Below are positions 20,007-27,861 of a DNA stretch of 64,000 nt, in pieces (position 1 is the first letter of the stretch; every line of letters begins with the position of its first letter). Origin of the DNA: a bacterium. GTDB taxonomy: Bacteria; Omnitrophota; Gorgyraeia; Duberdicusellales; 4484-171. The DNA is taken from assembly GCA_021796115.1 (NCBI GenBank), contig JAJYOP010000002.1, positions 70,842 to 134,841 of the forward strand, given 5' to 3'. A model generated the notes under the pieces. The model had not been told where the DNA came from and did no database searches. It was given only the letters and a program-made list of their open reading frames with translations. A program made the translations under genes and the position numbers.

Positions 20007-22280
20007 CTAAAATCCTCTACTTACATTAAAATCGAAACGGCCTTGTTTGTGGTCCTGCCCCGGTAATAAGTCTAATGGCCAGCCGTAATCAACACTTATT
20101 GGACCAATAGGCGTTTTAACTCTGATGCCTACGCCCACGCTCTTTTTTAGGTCAGTGGAAAAGAAGTCGCTATTTTTTTCCCATACATTACCACTATCAA
20201 AGAAAGTTGCAAGCTTTAAAAAATCCATCAATGGGTACGTATATTCGATATTAGCAACAAACATAGATTCTCCGCCAAGCGGGTCATTGGTCGTGGGATC
20301 TACGGGCCCTACTTTTCTTTCTTCGTAACCTCTTATGGTATCGGCGCCACCCGCAAAAAACCTTTCATAAATTGGCACTTTATTTGTGTTATCGAAAGGA
20401 TCCTCCCATCCCGCCCTGAGCCTGAACTCGATAACGGATTTATTGATCAGCGGATAATAATAACTGAATCGTGTATAATATTTTAGAAAATCTTTTGATC
20501 CGCCGAATGGACCGCCGGTTACTTGAAAATCATTTGTGAAAAATATACCGTGCAAGGGTGAAAATACGTTATCGCGAGTATCATAAAAAAGGCTGGCTTC
20601 TCCGCTGCTCAAAGTATTAGTTCCTGCTTCATCTTTAAGGTCCTGCGTGGCATTGTCAACAATATCCGTAATCTTTACATTATCCAGTCGATAGGCAACT
20701 TGTGCACGAAGGCTATCATTAAACTCATGCCCAAAACGTAAATCTCCGCCGACAATATTTTCAGCATAACCATAGCCAACGCTTTCATCTTGCTGATGAC
20801 CTTTTTTGTAGGCATCAAAACCGAAAGAATACGGTCGGTCAAATATCCATGGATTTGTAAAACTTAATTCATAATAACTAGTTATTGTTCCAAGGCTTGC
20901 ATACAGGCTTAAGTCCTGTCCTCCGCCTGAAAAAGTAGAGAAATTTTTATAGTCGAAATTCTTCTGGCTTATTTCGACGAACCCTATGAATTGGTCAATA
21001 GAACTGTATCCTCCGCCAAAACTTAAATGGCCGGTTTTGGCTTCTTTAACGTCGACCGTAAGATCTACCTGATCAGGCTTTGTCCCCGGCTCTGTATCAA
21101 ACCTTACTTCCTCAAAATAACCTAAATTCTCAAGCTTCTCTTTGCTCTTCCTTACCTTTGCACCATCAAACCTTTCCTCGGGATAAACACGTAATTCTCT
21201 TCTGATTACTTTATCCTTTGTTTTAATGTTCCCTTTGATGTCAATTCGTTCAATGTAGGCAACCTGATTTTCCACTATTTTATAGGTTACATCAATATTT
21301 TTTGTTTCGGGATTAAGCACAGTTGAAGGTTCAATCTGCACAAATATATATCCTTTATCGACATAAACAGACCGTATTCTTGACGTCTCTTCATAGATTG
21401 CCTGGTCGCTATATACACTTTTAGTCTTAAGCTTCATTGCTTTTTGTATCTCGGCAAGAGATATGTCTTTGTTGCCTTCAACCTTAATTGTGCCGATATA
21501 GTAACGCTTGCCTTCCTGGATATTTATTTTTATCACAATACCTTTAGCGTTAAAAATCAAATCAGGCTTCACACGTACATCGCTAAAACCTTCCTGCCGA
21601 TAAAAATCATTTATCCTTTTAATATCGTCGTTAAAAGTCTCTTCTTTGAACAGTCCGGGGTTAAAAAGCCAGGCAGGTTTTGTTTTCAAAAGTTTTAAAA
21701 TGCGGCCGGAAGAAATATTTTTATTTCCAGTAATTCGGATTCGCCTGACCTTAAGAACTCCTTTTTCATCGATAATGTATTTAACATTGGCTTCATTGTT
21801 GTCTTTGTTAAGATCGAATTGATACGTTACTTTTGCCTGGTTAAACCCTTTCGCCGCATAAAGATCTTTTATTTTCCGGGCAACTTCTTTTAATTTATAT
21901 TCATCTACGAAAGCCCCCTCCTTAATATCTATTGCTTCTTCAATCTTTTTCTTTCGAATAAAATGCGCACCTTCAATATCAAGTTTTTTGAGTACCGGTT
22001 TTTCTTTAACTTTAAAAGTAACGACTATGCCTTCGGGTGTGGTTACTTTTTCAGCCTCTACAGTCTCAAAAAAGCCTGTAGCATAAAGGTTTTTTATATC
22101 TTCATTAATAACATTCTCGTTGTAGGCCTGTCCGGAACGCAGTTTTATCTTCGAAATAATCGTAGCATCGCTGACAAACTTTTGGCCTTTAATTTCAATG
22201 CGGGCTATGACGTCTTCGTTGGCACAAAAGGCAGAAAATGATACAAAGAAAATAATGAGCACAGAAATTAGTGTTCGCAT
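20007..22280 (-). CDS. bamA: Outer membrane protein assembly factor BamA
   Basis: Five POTRA-like repeats, a C-terminal beta-barrel, and a terminal aromatic residue (SRGF). Confidence 0.9.
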   Translation of the reverse strand: MRTLISVLIIFFVSFSAFCANEDVIARIEIKGQKFVSDATIISKIKLRSGQAYNENVINEDIKNLYATGFFETVEAEKVTTPEGIVVTFKVKEKPVLKKLDIEGAHFIRKKKIEEAIDIKEGAFVDEYKLKEVARKIKDLYAAKGFNQAKVTYQFDLNKDNNEANVKYIIDEKGVLKVRRIRITGNKNISSGRILKLLKTKPAWLFNPGLFKEETFNDDIKRINDFYRQEGFSDVRVKPDLIFNAKGIVIKINIQEGKRYYIGTIKVEGNKDISLAEIQKAMKLKTKSVYSDQAIYEETSRIRSVYVDKGYIFVQIEPSTVLNPETKNIDVTYKIVENQVAYIERIDIKGNIKTKDKVIRRELRVYPEERFDGAKVRKSKEKLENLGYFEEVRFDTEPGTKPDQVDLTVDVKEAKTGHLSFGGGYSSIDQFIGFVEISQKNFDYKNFSTFSGGGQDLSLYASLGTITSYYELSFTNPWIFDRPYSFGFDAYKKGHQQDESVGYGYAENIVGGDLRFGHEFNDSLRAQVAYRLDNVKITDIVDNATQDLKDEAGTNTLSSGEASLFYDTRDNVFSPLHGIFFTNDFQVTGGPFGGSKDFLKYYTRFSYYYPLINKSVIEFRLRAGWEDPFDNTNKVPIYERFFAGGADTIRGYEERKVGPVDPTTNDPLGGESMFVANIEYTYPLMDFLKLATFFDSGNVWEKNSDFFSTDLKKSVGVGIRVKTPIGPISVDYGWPLDLLPGQDHKQGRFDFNVSRGF

Positions 22281-22315
22281 TAAAATATTATAAATGCTTT
22301 TTTAATTAAAGTCAA
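22281..22315 (-). promoter_or_regulatory. Consensus sigma70-type promoter placing the transcription start on the bamA ATG
   Basis: Minus strand reads TTGACT-N17-TATAAT-N6-ATG (-35 at 22310-22315, -10 at 22287-22292, ATG at 22280). No Shine-Dalgarno. Confidence 0.55.
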
Positions 22316-22342
22316 TTGAATAAAAGATTTTTTTGAAGTTTT

Positions 22343-22425
22343 TATTACTCCTCGCTCACTTCGCTCGCGCGGGGATAATTCGCACTAGCATTTTTCCTGC
22401 GCACTTCGTGCTTGGAAAAATGATG
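22343..22425. repeat. Family-2 intergenic repeat copy
   Basis: ttattactcctcgctcacttcgctcgcgcggggataattcgcactagcatttttcctgcgcacttcgtgcttggaaaaatg aligns with the copy next to tRNA-Gln (59022-59092). Confidence 0.75.
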
Positions 22426-22431
22426 TGCTCA

Positions 22432-23805
22432 TTAAAATTCTTCGCTTTGAATTTTAGCAAGATTGACGAACCTCATGTATTCGCGGATAAACCCCAAATT
22501 CACGCTGCCGACCGGACCATTACGCTGCTTGGCAATGATCGCCTCTGCCGTTCCTTTATTTTCCGGAGTCGGATTATAATATTCTTCTCTCAATAACAAA
22601 ACAACCACGTCAGCATCCTGCTCTATCGCTCCGGATTCTCTTAGATCCGAAAGTTGCGGTCTGTGATCCGTCCTTGATTCAACGGCACGCGAAAGCTGGC
22701 TCACTGCAAGGACTGGAATATTAAGTTCTTTGGCTAAAGCTTTTAAGGCTTGAGAAATTTCAGATATTTCCTGCTGGCGGCTGTCGCCCCTGCGCATCGC
22801 ACGAATCATTTGCAGGTAGTCTACCAGGATAAGTTGTATGTCATGATGCGCTTTTAGCCGCCTTGCTTTTGCCCGTAATTCAAAAATATTTATCGCCGGA
22901 GTATCGTCAATATAAATTGGCGCTTCGGAAAGCTTTCCGGCGGCGTTAGTTAAAATTGGCCACTCCGAAGGCGCAAGAAAACCTGTTCTTAATTTATGCA
23001 TATCCACCTTTGCCTGCGAACACAGGAAGCGCTGCATCAATTGTTCTTTTGACATTTCAAGACTGAAAAAAGCTATGGGGATTTTTTCTTCAACTGCAGC
23101 ATATTCAGCCATTGATGTCGCCAAAGCGCTTTTACCCATCGATGGCCTTCCGGCTACAATAATCAAATCGCCTTTTTGCAGACCGGCGGTTTTTATATCA
23201 AAATCAGTAAACCCCGTAGGAATGCCGGTTATGTGCGATTTTTTATGATAAAGAGATTCGATAAGTTCAATTCCGTCTTTAATTATTTCCTTAATATGCA
23301 GGTATCCACCTTCAACGCGCCTATCGCTTATTTCGAAAATAAGTTTTTCTGCCTTGTCTAAAACAGCGCTAACCTCTTCGTCGTCTTTATATGCCAGAGA
23401 AACGATTTGCGTTGCACTGTTAATGAGCAGACGCAAAACTCCTTTTTCTTTAACGATGCGTGCATAGTGTAAAACGTTTGCCGAGGTTGGGACAAAATCG
23501 GAGAGCGTCGCAAGATAGGAAGAGCCGCCGGATTTTTCCAGCAGCTTTCTTTTGCTTAAATCTTCGGAAACGGTAAGTATGTCGACTTTTTTTCTTGAGT
23601 TAAAAAGCGAAACGATACTTTCGAAGATTACCTTATGCTCGTCTTTATAAAAGTAATCTTCGTTTACGATTTCCATAACTTCCGCGATGGCTGATTCATT
23701 GATGAGCATCGCACCCAACGTTGCCATTTCGGCTTCGATGTTTTGCGGCGGAAGTCTCTCGGCTGTTTGCGGGCTATTCGTAGAAATCATTTCTTCATTA
23801 CCCAC
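22432..23805 (-). CDS. dnaB: Replicative DNA helicase
   Basis: PPQNIEAE N-terminal motif, Walker A GRPSMGKS, and RecA-like C-terminal domain motifs. Confidence 0.95.
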   Translation of the reverse strand: MGNEEMISTNSPQTAERLPPQNIEAEMATLGAMLINESAIAEVMEIVNEDYFYKDEHKVIFESIVSLFNSRKKVDILTVSEDLSKRKLLEKSGGSSYLATLSDFVPTSANVLHYARIVKEKGVLRLLINSATQIVSLAYKDDEEVSAVLDKAEKLIFEISDRRVEGGYLHIKEIIKDGIELIESLYHKKSHITGIPTGFTDFDIKTAGLQKGDLIIVAGRPSMGKSALATSMAEYAAVEEKIPIAFFSLEMSKEQLMQRFLCSQAKVDMHKLRTGFLAPSEWPILTNAAGKLSEAPIYIDDTPAINIFELRAKARRLKAHHDIQLILVDYLQMIRAMRRGDSRQQEISEISQALKALAKELNIPVLAVSQLSRAVESRTDHRPQLSDLRESGAIEQDADVVVLLLREEYYNPTPENKGTAEAIIAKQRNGPVGSVNLGFIREYMRFVNLAKIQSEEF

Positions 23806-24230
23806 ACACGTAAGTTTGCTTCGATGGCGGGATGAAGCTTGACTTTTAAATTATAAACGCCCAATTTCTTTATCGGTTCAGGAAGGTCAATTTTGTCTTT
23901 CTCGATAATTACGCCTTCTTCTTTTAAAGCTTTTATGATTTGTTGCTCTCCAACCGAACCATATATTTCTTCGCCATCTTTTACTTCCTGGGTTATGGTT
24001 AGCGATAAAGAATCGATTTTTGCCTTAAGTTCCGCTGCTTCTTTTTTTGTTTTTTCCTCGATTTTACCTTTTCTCTTTTTAATCTCTTCAATTTCACGAA
24101 AGCTATCCTTGGTTGCTTTTATGGCAAGTTTTTGCGGCACCAAAAAATTACGGGCATAGCCTTCTTTAACTTCTAAAACGCTGCCCTCTTTACCTAACTT
24201 ATCGACATCTTTCAAAAGAATTACTTTCAT
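23787..24230 (-). CDS. rplI: Ribosomal protein L9
   Basis: MKVILLKDVDKLGKEGSVLEVKEGYARNFL. AAGGAG RBS before the ATG at 24230 (the ORF track starts earlier, at 24260). Confidence 0.9.
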   Translation of the reverse strand: MKVILLKDVDKLGKEGSVLEVKEGYARNFLVPQKLAIKATKDSFREIEEIKKRKGKIEEKTKKEAAELKAKIDSLSLTITQEVKDGEEIYGSVGEQQIIKALKEEGVIIEKDKIDLPEPIKKLGVYNLKVKLHPAIEANLRVWVMKK

Positions 24231-24271
24231 TGCGCTCCTTATTTTTACCTGGGCCGTCACAAGCCAGTCTG

Positions 24272-24508
24272 TTACTTTGTGACATACGGAAATATACCCA
24301 TAAACCGTGCAATCTTTATCTCTTTTGCAATTTTTCGCTGATGTTTAGCGCAATTACCGCTTATTCTGCGGGAAGTAACCTTACCCCGTGAGGATATATA
24401 GCGCGAAAGCAATTCGATATTTTTGTAATCAATATCGAATTCTTTTTTGCAAAAAATACAACTTTTTTTAAAACCGATTAATTTTGCTGGTTTTTGTTTC
24501 GTTATCAT
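24272..24508 (-). CDS. rpsR: Ribosomal protein S18
   Basis: CIFCKKEFDIDYKNIELLSRYIS...ITGNCAKHQR pattern. Confidence 0.9.
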   Translation of the reverse strand: MITKQKPAKLIGFKKSCIFCKKEFDIDYKNIELLSRYISSRGKVTSRRISGNCAKHQRKIAKEIKIARFMGIFPYVTK

Positions 24509-24509
24509 T

Positions 24510-24932
24510 TTAATTTACCTCTCCTTGCTCTTCGCTGTGTTCCGATGCCGAAAGCCCTGCCGGCTCCTCTCCTAAATCTACCTCTTTAGACGCTTCTTTT
24601 GTTTTCGTTGGCATAAATTGAATATTATCGGCACGTACTTCTATGGTTGTACGGTTTTTGCCTTCATTATCTTTCCAACTTCTTGACTGAAGGCGGCCTT
24701 CGACAATGACTTGCCTTCCCTTTTGAAGATACTGGTTACACACTTCTGCCATTTGCCCCCAAACAATTACATTTATAAAGCAGGTATCTTGCTGATTTTG
24801 CCCGCTTTTATCTTTAAAATATCTGTTTACCGCAAGTCCGAGATTCACAACAGCTGTCCCTTGCGGAGTATAACGCAATTCCGGGTCGCGCGTTAAATTA
24901 CCCATCAGAAAAACTTTATTTAAGCTTGCCAT
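24510..24932 (-). CDS. ssb: Single-stranded DNA-binding protein
   Basis: LNKVFLMGNLTRDPELRYTPQG OB-fold and an acidic tail. The start at 24932 is preferred over the ORF-track 24962. Confidence 0.9.
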   Translation of the reverse strand: MASLNKVFLMGNLTRDPELRYTPQGTAVVNLGLAVNRYFKDKSGQNQQDTCFINVIVWGQMAEVCNQYLQKGRQVIVEGRLQSRSWKDNEGKNRTTIEVRADNIQFMPTKTKEASKEVDLGEEPAGLSASEHSEEQGEVN

Positions 24933-24949
24933 GGTCACTTCGCTCCCAA

Positions 24950-25040
24950 CACGAATTGTCACGAATTTGAAGAGAAATTCCCACGAATAGAATCCATTTC
25001 CTATTCGTGGATATTCATCTTTAATTCAGGGTCATTCGTG
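24950..25040. repeat. Family-3 CACGAAT/ATTCGTG palindromic repeat cluster
   Basis: Three CACGAAT words (24950, 24960, 24982) and two ATTCGTG words (25003, 25034). The core hairpin is ccacgaatag-N10-ctattcgtgg (24981-25010). Confidence 0.8.
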
Positions 25041-25358
25041 TTTAACATTTTCCCTGTTTAAAATAATATTGCGCAATATTTTTTCTTCAAGCCTTATCGT
25101 CTCTCTTAAATCAGCCAATTTATCGGTATCAAGTGAAAAATTAATCAACCAATAGCACCCTTTTAAATATTTTTTCTTTTGTGCTCCGGAAGCTTTTAAC
25201 GGAAAGGCGAGGTTTCGTTCTTTGGCCCAAACTTTCGCGGAAGAAACTTTTCCGGAAAGAGCTTCTATTTTTTTTGTTATTTTCTGATAGACTTCTTCCT
25301 GCGCCTGTTCTCCGATGTCAGGCACGACGACAATCATACTTTCAAAATTTCTATTCAC
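25032..25358 (-). CDS. rpsF: Ribosomal protein S6
   Basis: Heads the rpsF-ssb-rpsR-rplI order. S6-like length and sequence (YESMIVV...). Confidence 0.85.
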   Translation of the reverse strand: MNRNFESMIVVVPDIGEQAQEEVYQKITKKIEALSGKVSSAKVWAKERNLAFPLKASGAQKKKYLKGCYWLINFSLDTDKLADLRETIRLEEKILRNIILNRENVKHE

Positions 25359-25380
25359 GTTTTATCCTCCTAGTGAGACT

Positions 25381-25452
25381 TGTTGTTTTTTGGACTTCCT
25401 GTCTGAAAAACAACTTAGTCGAACTACCCCCGAATGAAGTGAGGGGGCTGCC
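25381..25452. repeat. Family-2 intergenic repeat copy (inverted orientation)
   Basis: The reverse complement aligns with 59022-59092 (ccccctcacttcattcggggg / agttcgactaag / tttttcagacaggaagtcc). It supplies the last codons (PPHFIRG) of the pth ORF. Confidence 0.8.
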
Positions 25453-26011
25453 AGCTATTATATTTTTGCATTACGTATTCACTGCCATGCCCTACCCAAT
25501 CAATACAGACATCAGCAGATTTTATCAGCACTTCGCTAATTGTTTCTTTTTCTTCTCTGGAAAAATCAGAAAGAACATAGCCAGCCAAATCATTGTTTTC
25601 ATCTTTATCGATACCGAGCTTAAGTCTTGGAAATTCCTGAGAGCCAAGGTCGTCGATTATCGAAGCTAACCCCTGGTGTCCGCCGCTTGAACCGCGCATC
25701 TTTAATCTTAATACGCCAAGAGGTAAATCCGCATCATCGTAAACAATCAGTAAATTGCTTAAATCTACTGCATGTCTGGCTACGATTTTTTTTACCGAAT
25801 GGCCAGAGTTATTCATATAGGTAAGGGGCTTAACTAAAAGCACGCCATCTTTACCTAATGCAACTTTAGCAAGGTAACAATTCCAGAGAAAGCTTTTTTT
25901 AAAAAGAACATTTTCGCGCTTAGCGACTTCATCCAGGACCATAAATCCGGCATTATGGCGATTGCGTTTATATTTCAACCCTGGATTGCCCAAACCAACG
26001 ATTACCTTCAC
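25424..26011 (-). CDS. pth: Peptidyl-tRNA hydrolase
   Basis: VGLGNPG, RHNAGF and MNNSG motifs. Confidence 0.9.
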   Translation of the reverse strand: MKVIVGLGNPGLKYKRNRHNAGFMVLDEVAKRENVLFKKSFLWNCYLAKVALGKDGVLLVKPLTYMNNSGHSVKKIVARHAVDLSNLLIVYDDADLPLGVLRLKMRGSSGGHQGLASIIDDLGSQEFPRLKLGIDKDENNDLAGYVLSDFSREEKETISEVLIKSADVCIDWVGHGSEYVMQKYNSWQPPHFIRG

Positions 26012-26016
26012 AAAAC

Positions 26017-26088
26017 TTACCCCACCCGCTTCGTCCCAAGCTTAAAGCTTGGGAGAATTCGATTAAGTCTTTTTGCAAAGCAAAAAGA
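26017..26088. repeat. Family-2 intergenic repeat copy (variant stem)
   Basis: ttaccccacccgcttcgt, then cccaagctt-aaagcttggg, then agaattcgattaagtcttttt, then a gcaaagc hairpin. Confidence 0.6.
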
Positions 26089-26100
26089 CAGTCTCATTGC

Positions 26101-26150
26101 TCGGGGGTAATTCACGCTTATATTTTTCAGGCTTTGTCTGAAAAATATTG
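26101..26150. repeat. Family-2 intergenic repeat, partial copy
   Basis: tcgggggtaattcacgcttatatttttcaggctttgtctgaaaaatattgc matches the right half of the 59 kb copy. Confidence 0.65.
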
Positions 26151-26156
26151 CATTCA

Positions 26157-26912
26157 TTATTTCTTCCCCTTATCAGGCGCTTTCGCTTTCGGTTCTTCTT
26201 TCGGCTTCGCTTCTTCTTTCGCTTTTGGTTCTTCTTTGCCTTCAGCTTTACCTTCAGCTTCGCCTTCTTCGCCTTCAACTTCCTTCTTCTCTTTAATAAC
26301 TTCCGGCCCTGTCGGGACAGCTTCCTCTAGAGGAGCAGCCACAATCTCTTCGGCTTTTTCTACGACTGTCGCAACAGTTTCCTCTGGTGAGTTGACAATT
26401 CGAACATTTTCCGGAACTTTAATCTCGTTAACATGCACGGAATTACCTATGCCTAAATGAGAGACGTCGACTTCGATTTTTTCCGGAATATCTAACGGCA
26501 AAGCCTCAATGGTAAGCTGCCAAAGTATCTGAGAAAGAATCCCTTCCTCTTTAACGCCTTTTGGTTCGCCCTTAAGCACGATAGGAACGTTTGTTTTTAT
26601 TTTCTCCTCGAGAGAAATTCGTATAAAATCGATATGTAAAACATTTTCTGATAATGGATGATACTGGACATCCTTAATCAGAACTGAAAAGTTTTCTTTT
26701 TTTGCGCCACCGGTCAAATCAACATCAATAACCGTACCTTGGGAAAAATGAATCGCCCTTAAAGTTTTTAATCCGGCTGTTGGCACTTCAACGGCAAGAT
26801 TTTGGCCTTTTCCGTAGACGATTGCCGGCGCATTGCCTTTAAATCTTACTTTTTTTGCTGTTTCTTTACCTAATTTTTCTCGCAAAACCGCTTCGATTTT
26901 CACCCTTTCCAT
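26157..26912 (-). CDS. rplY: Ribosomal protein L25/Ctc with a long K/E/A/P-rich tail
   Basis: Ctc-type two-domain L25, followed by about 50 aa of KEEPKAKEEAKPK-like low complexity. Confidence 0.85.
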   Translation of the reverse strand: MERVKIEAVLREKLGKETAKKVRFKGNAPAIVYGKGQNLAVEVPTAGLKTLRAIHFSQGTVIDVDLTGGAKKENFSVLIKDVQYHPLSENVLHIDFIRISLEEKIKTNVPIVLKGEPKGVKEEGILSQILWQLTIEALPLDIPEKIEVDVSHLGIGNSVHVNEIKVPENVRIVNSPEETVATVVEKAEEIVAAPLEEAVPTGPEVIKEKKEVEGEEGEAEGKAEGKEEPKAKEEAKPKEEPKAKAPDKGKK

Positions 26913-26913
26913 G

Positions 26914-27861
26914 TTATCTCCTTATTGAATCAAAAAGCACGCTTATTGATTGCTCAAAATGTATGCGTCTAATTGCCTCTGCGAATAGCTTGCTCACAGA
27001 AACAACTTTTATTTTTTTACTTTTCTTTTCCTCGCCCAGAGGAATAGAATCAGTAATAACAAGATAGTCTATGTCTGAATTCTCCAATTTTTCTACGGCA
27101 TTTGCCGACAGGATTCCGTGAGAAATTGCCGCAAATATGTTTTTTGCCCCGGCCTCCTTAAGTGCTTTCGCGGCTTCAACCAACGAACTGCCGGTTGCAA
27201 TTATATCATCGACTAAAATAACATTTTTGCCTTTCACTTCGCCAAGAATATGCATTACTTCGGTAGCTTCCGGCGTATTCCTTCTTTTGTCAACAATTGC
27301 CAGGCCCGCCCGGAACTTTTTCGCATAAGCGCGTGCCATTTTGATTCCGCCGACATCAGGCGATACGATAACTAAATTATTCAGTTTGAGCTTTTTAAAA
27401 TAATCGACAAAAACATTTATGGCAAAGAGATGATCCAGCGGTATATCAAAGAATCCTTGAACCTGGCCGGCATGTAAGTCAAGAGTTAAAACACGGCTTG
27501 CGCCCGCTACTGTCAAAAGATTTGCCACAAGCTTTGCGGTTATCGGAACTCGCGGCTGGTCTTTTCTGTCCTGACGGGCATAACCAAAATAAGGTATTAC
27601 CGCAGTTATGCGATTGGCTGAAGCTCTTTTTAATGCATCGATGATTATCAAAAGCTCCATTATGTTTTCATTTACCGGCGGGCAATTGGATTGAATGACA
27701 AAAACATCTTTGCCTCTCACATTATCTTCGATCTTTACCCGTATCTCTCCATCGCTGAAACGGGTTGCCATTATATCCGCAGGTTTTGCCTTCAGCTCTT
27801 TGCTTATTTTTGCAGATAACTCCTTATTCGAATTACCGCTTAAAATGACCATTTTATCCAT
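26914..27861 (-). CDS. prs: Ribose-phosphate pyrophosphokinase
   Basis: Full PRPP synthetase sequence (DLHAGQVQGFF, VSPDVGG, DDIIATG). AGGAG RBS before the ATG at 27861. Confidence 0.95.
   Translation of the reverse strand: MDKMVILSGNSNKELSAKISKELKAKPADIMATRFSDGEIRVKIEDNVRGKDVFVIQSNCPPVNENIMELLIIIDALKRASANRITAVIPYFGYARQDRKDQPRVPITAKLVANLLTVAGASRVLTLDLHAGQVQGFFDIPLDHLFAINVFVDYFKKLKLNNLVIVSPDVGGIKMARAYAKKFRAGLAIVDKRRNTPEATEVMHILGEVKGKNVILVDDIIATGSSLVEAAKALKEAGAKNIFAAISHGILSANAVEKLENSDIDYLVITDSIPLGEEKKSKKIKVVSVSKLFAEAIRRIHFEQSISVLFDSIRR

Noticed and set aside
22333-22596. 87-aa plus-strand ORF between bamA and dnaB.
   Set aside because: Its N-terminal half is simply the family-2 repeat read as protein (compare the recombinase tail and the pth C-terminus). 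The rest is antisense to dnaB.
25181-25669. 162-aa plus-strand ORF spanning rpsF, the intergenic repeat and pth.
   Set aside because: It crosses two well-supported minus-strand genes and a repeat element, and has no recognisable features.
26063-26460. K/R-rich 71-aa minus-strand ORF and S/F/A-rich plus-strand ORFs at the L25 tail.
   Set aside because: These are alternative-frame readings of the low-complexity GAA/AAG-rich DNA that encodes the L25 K/E/P tail.
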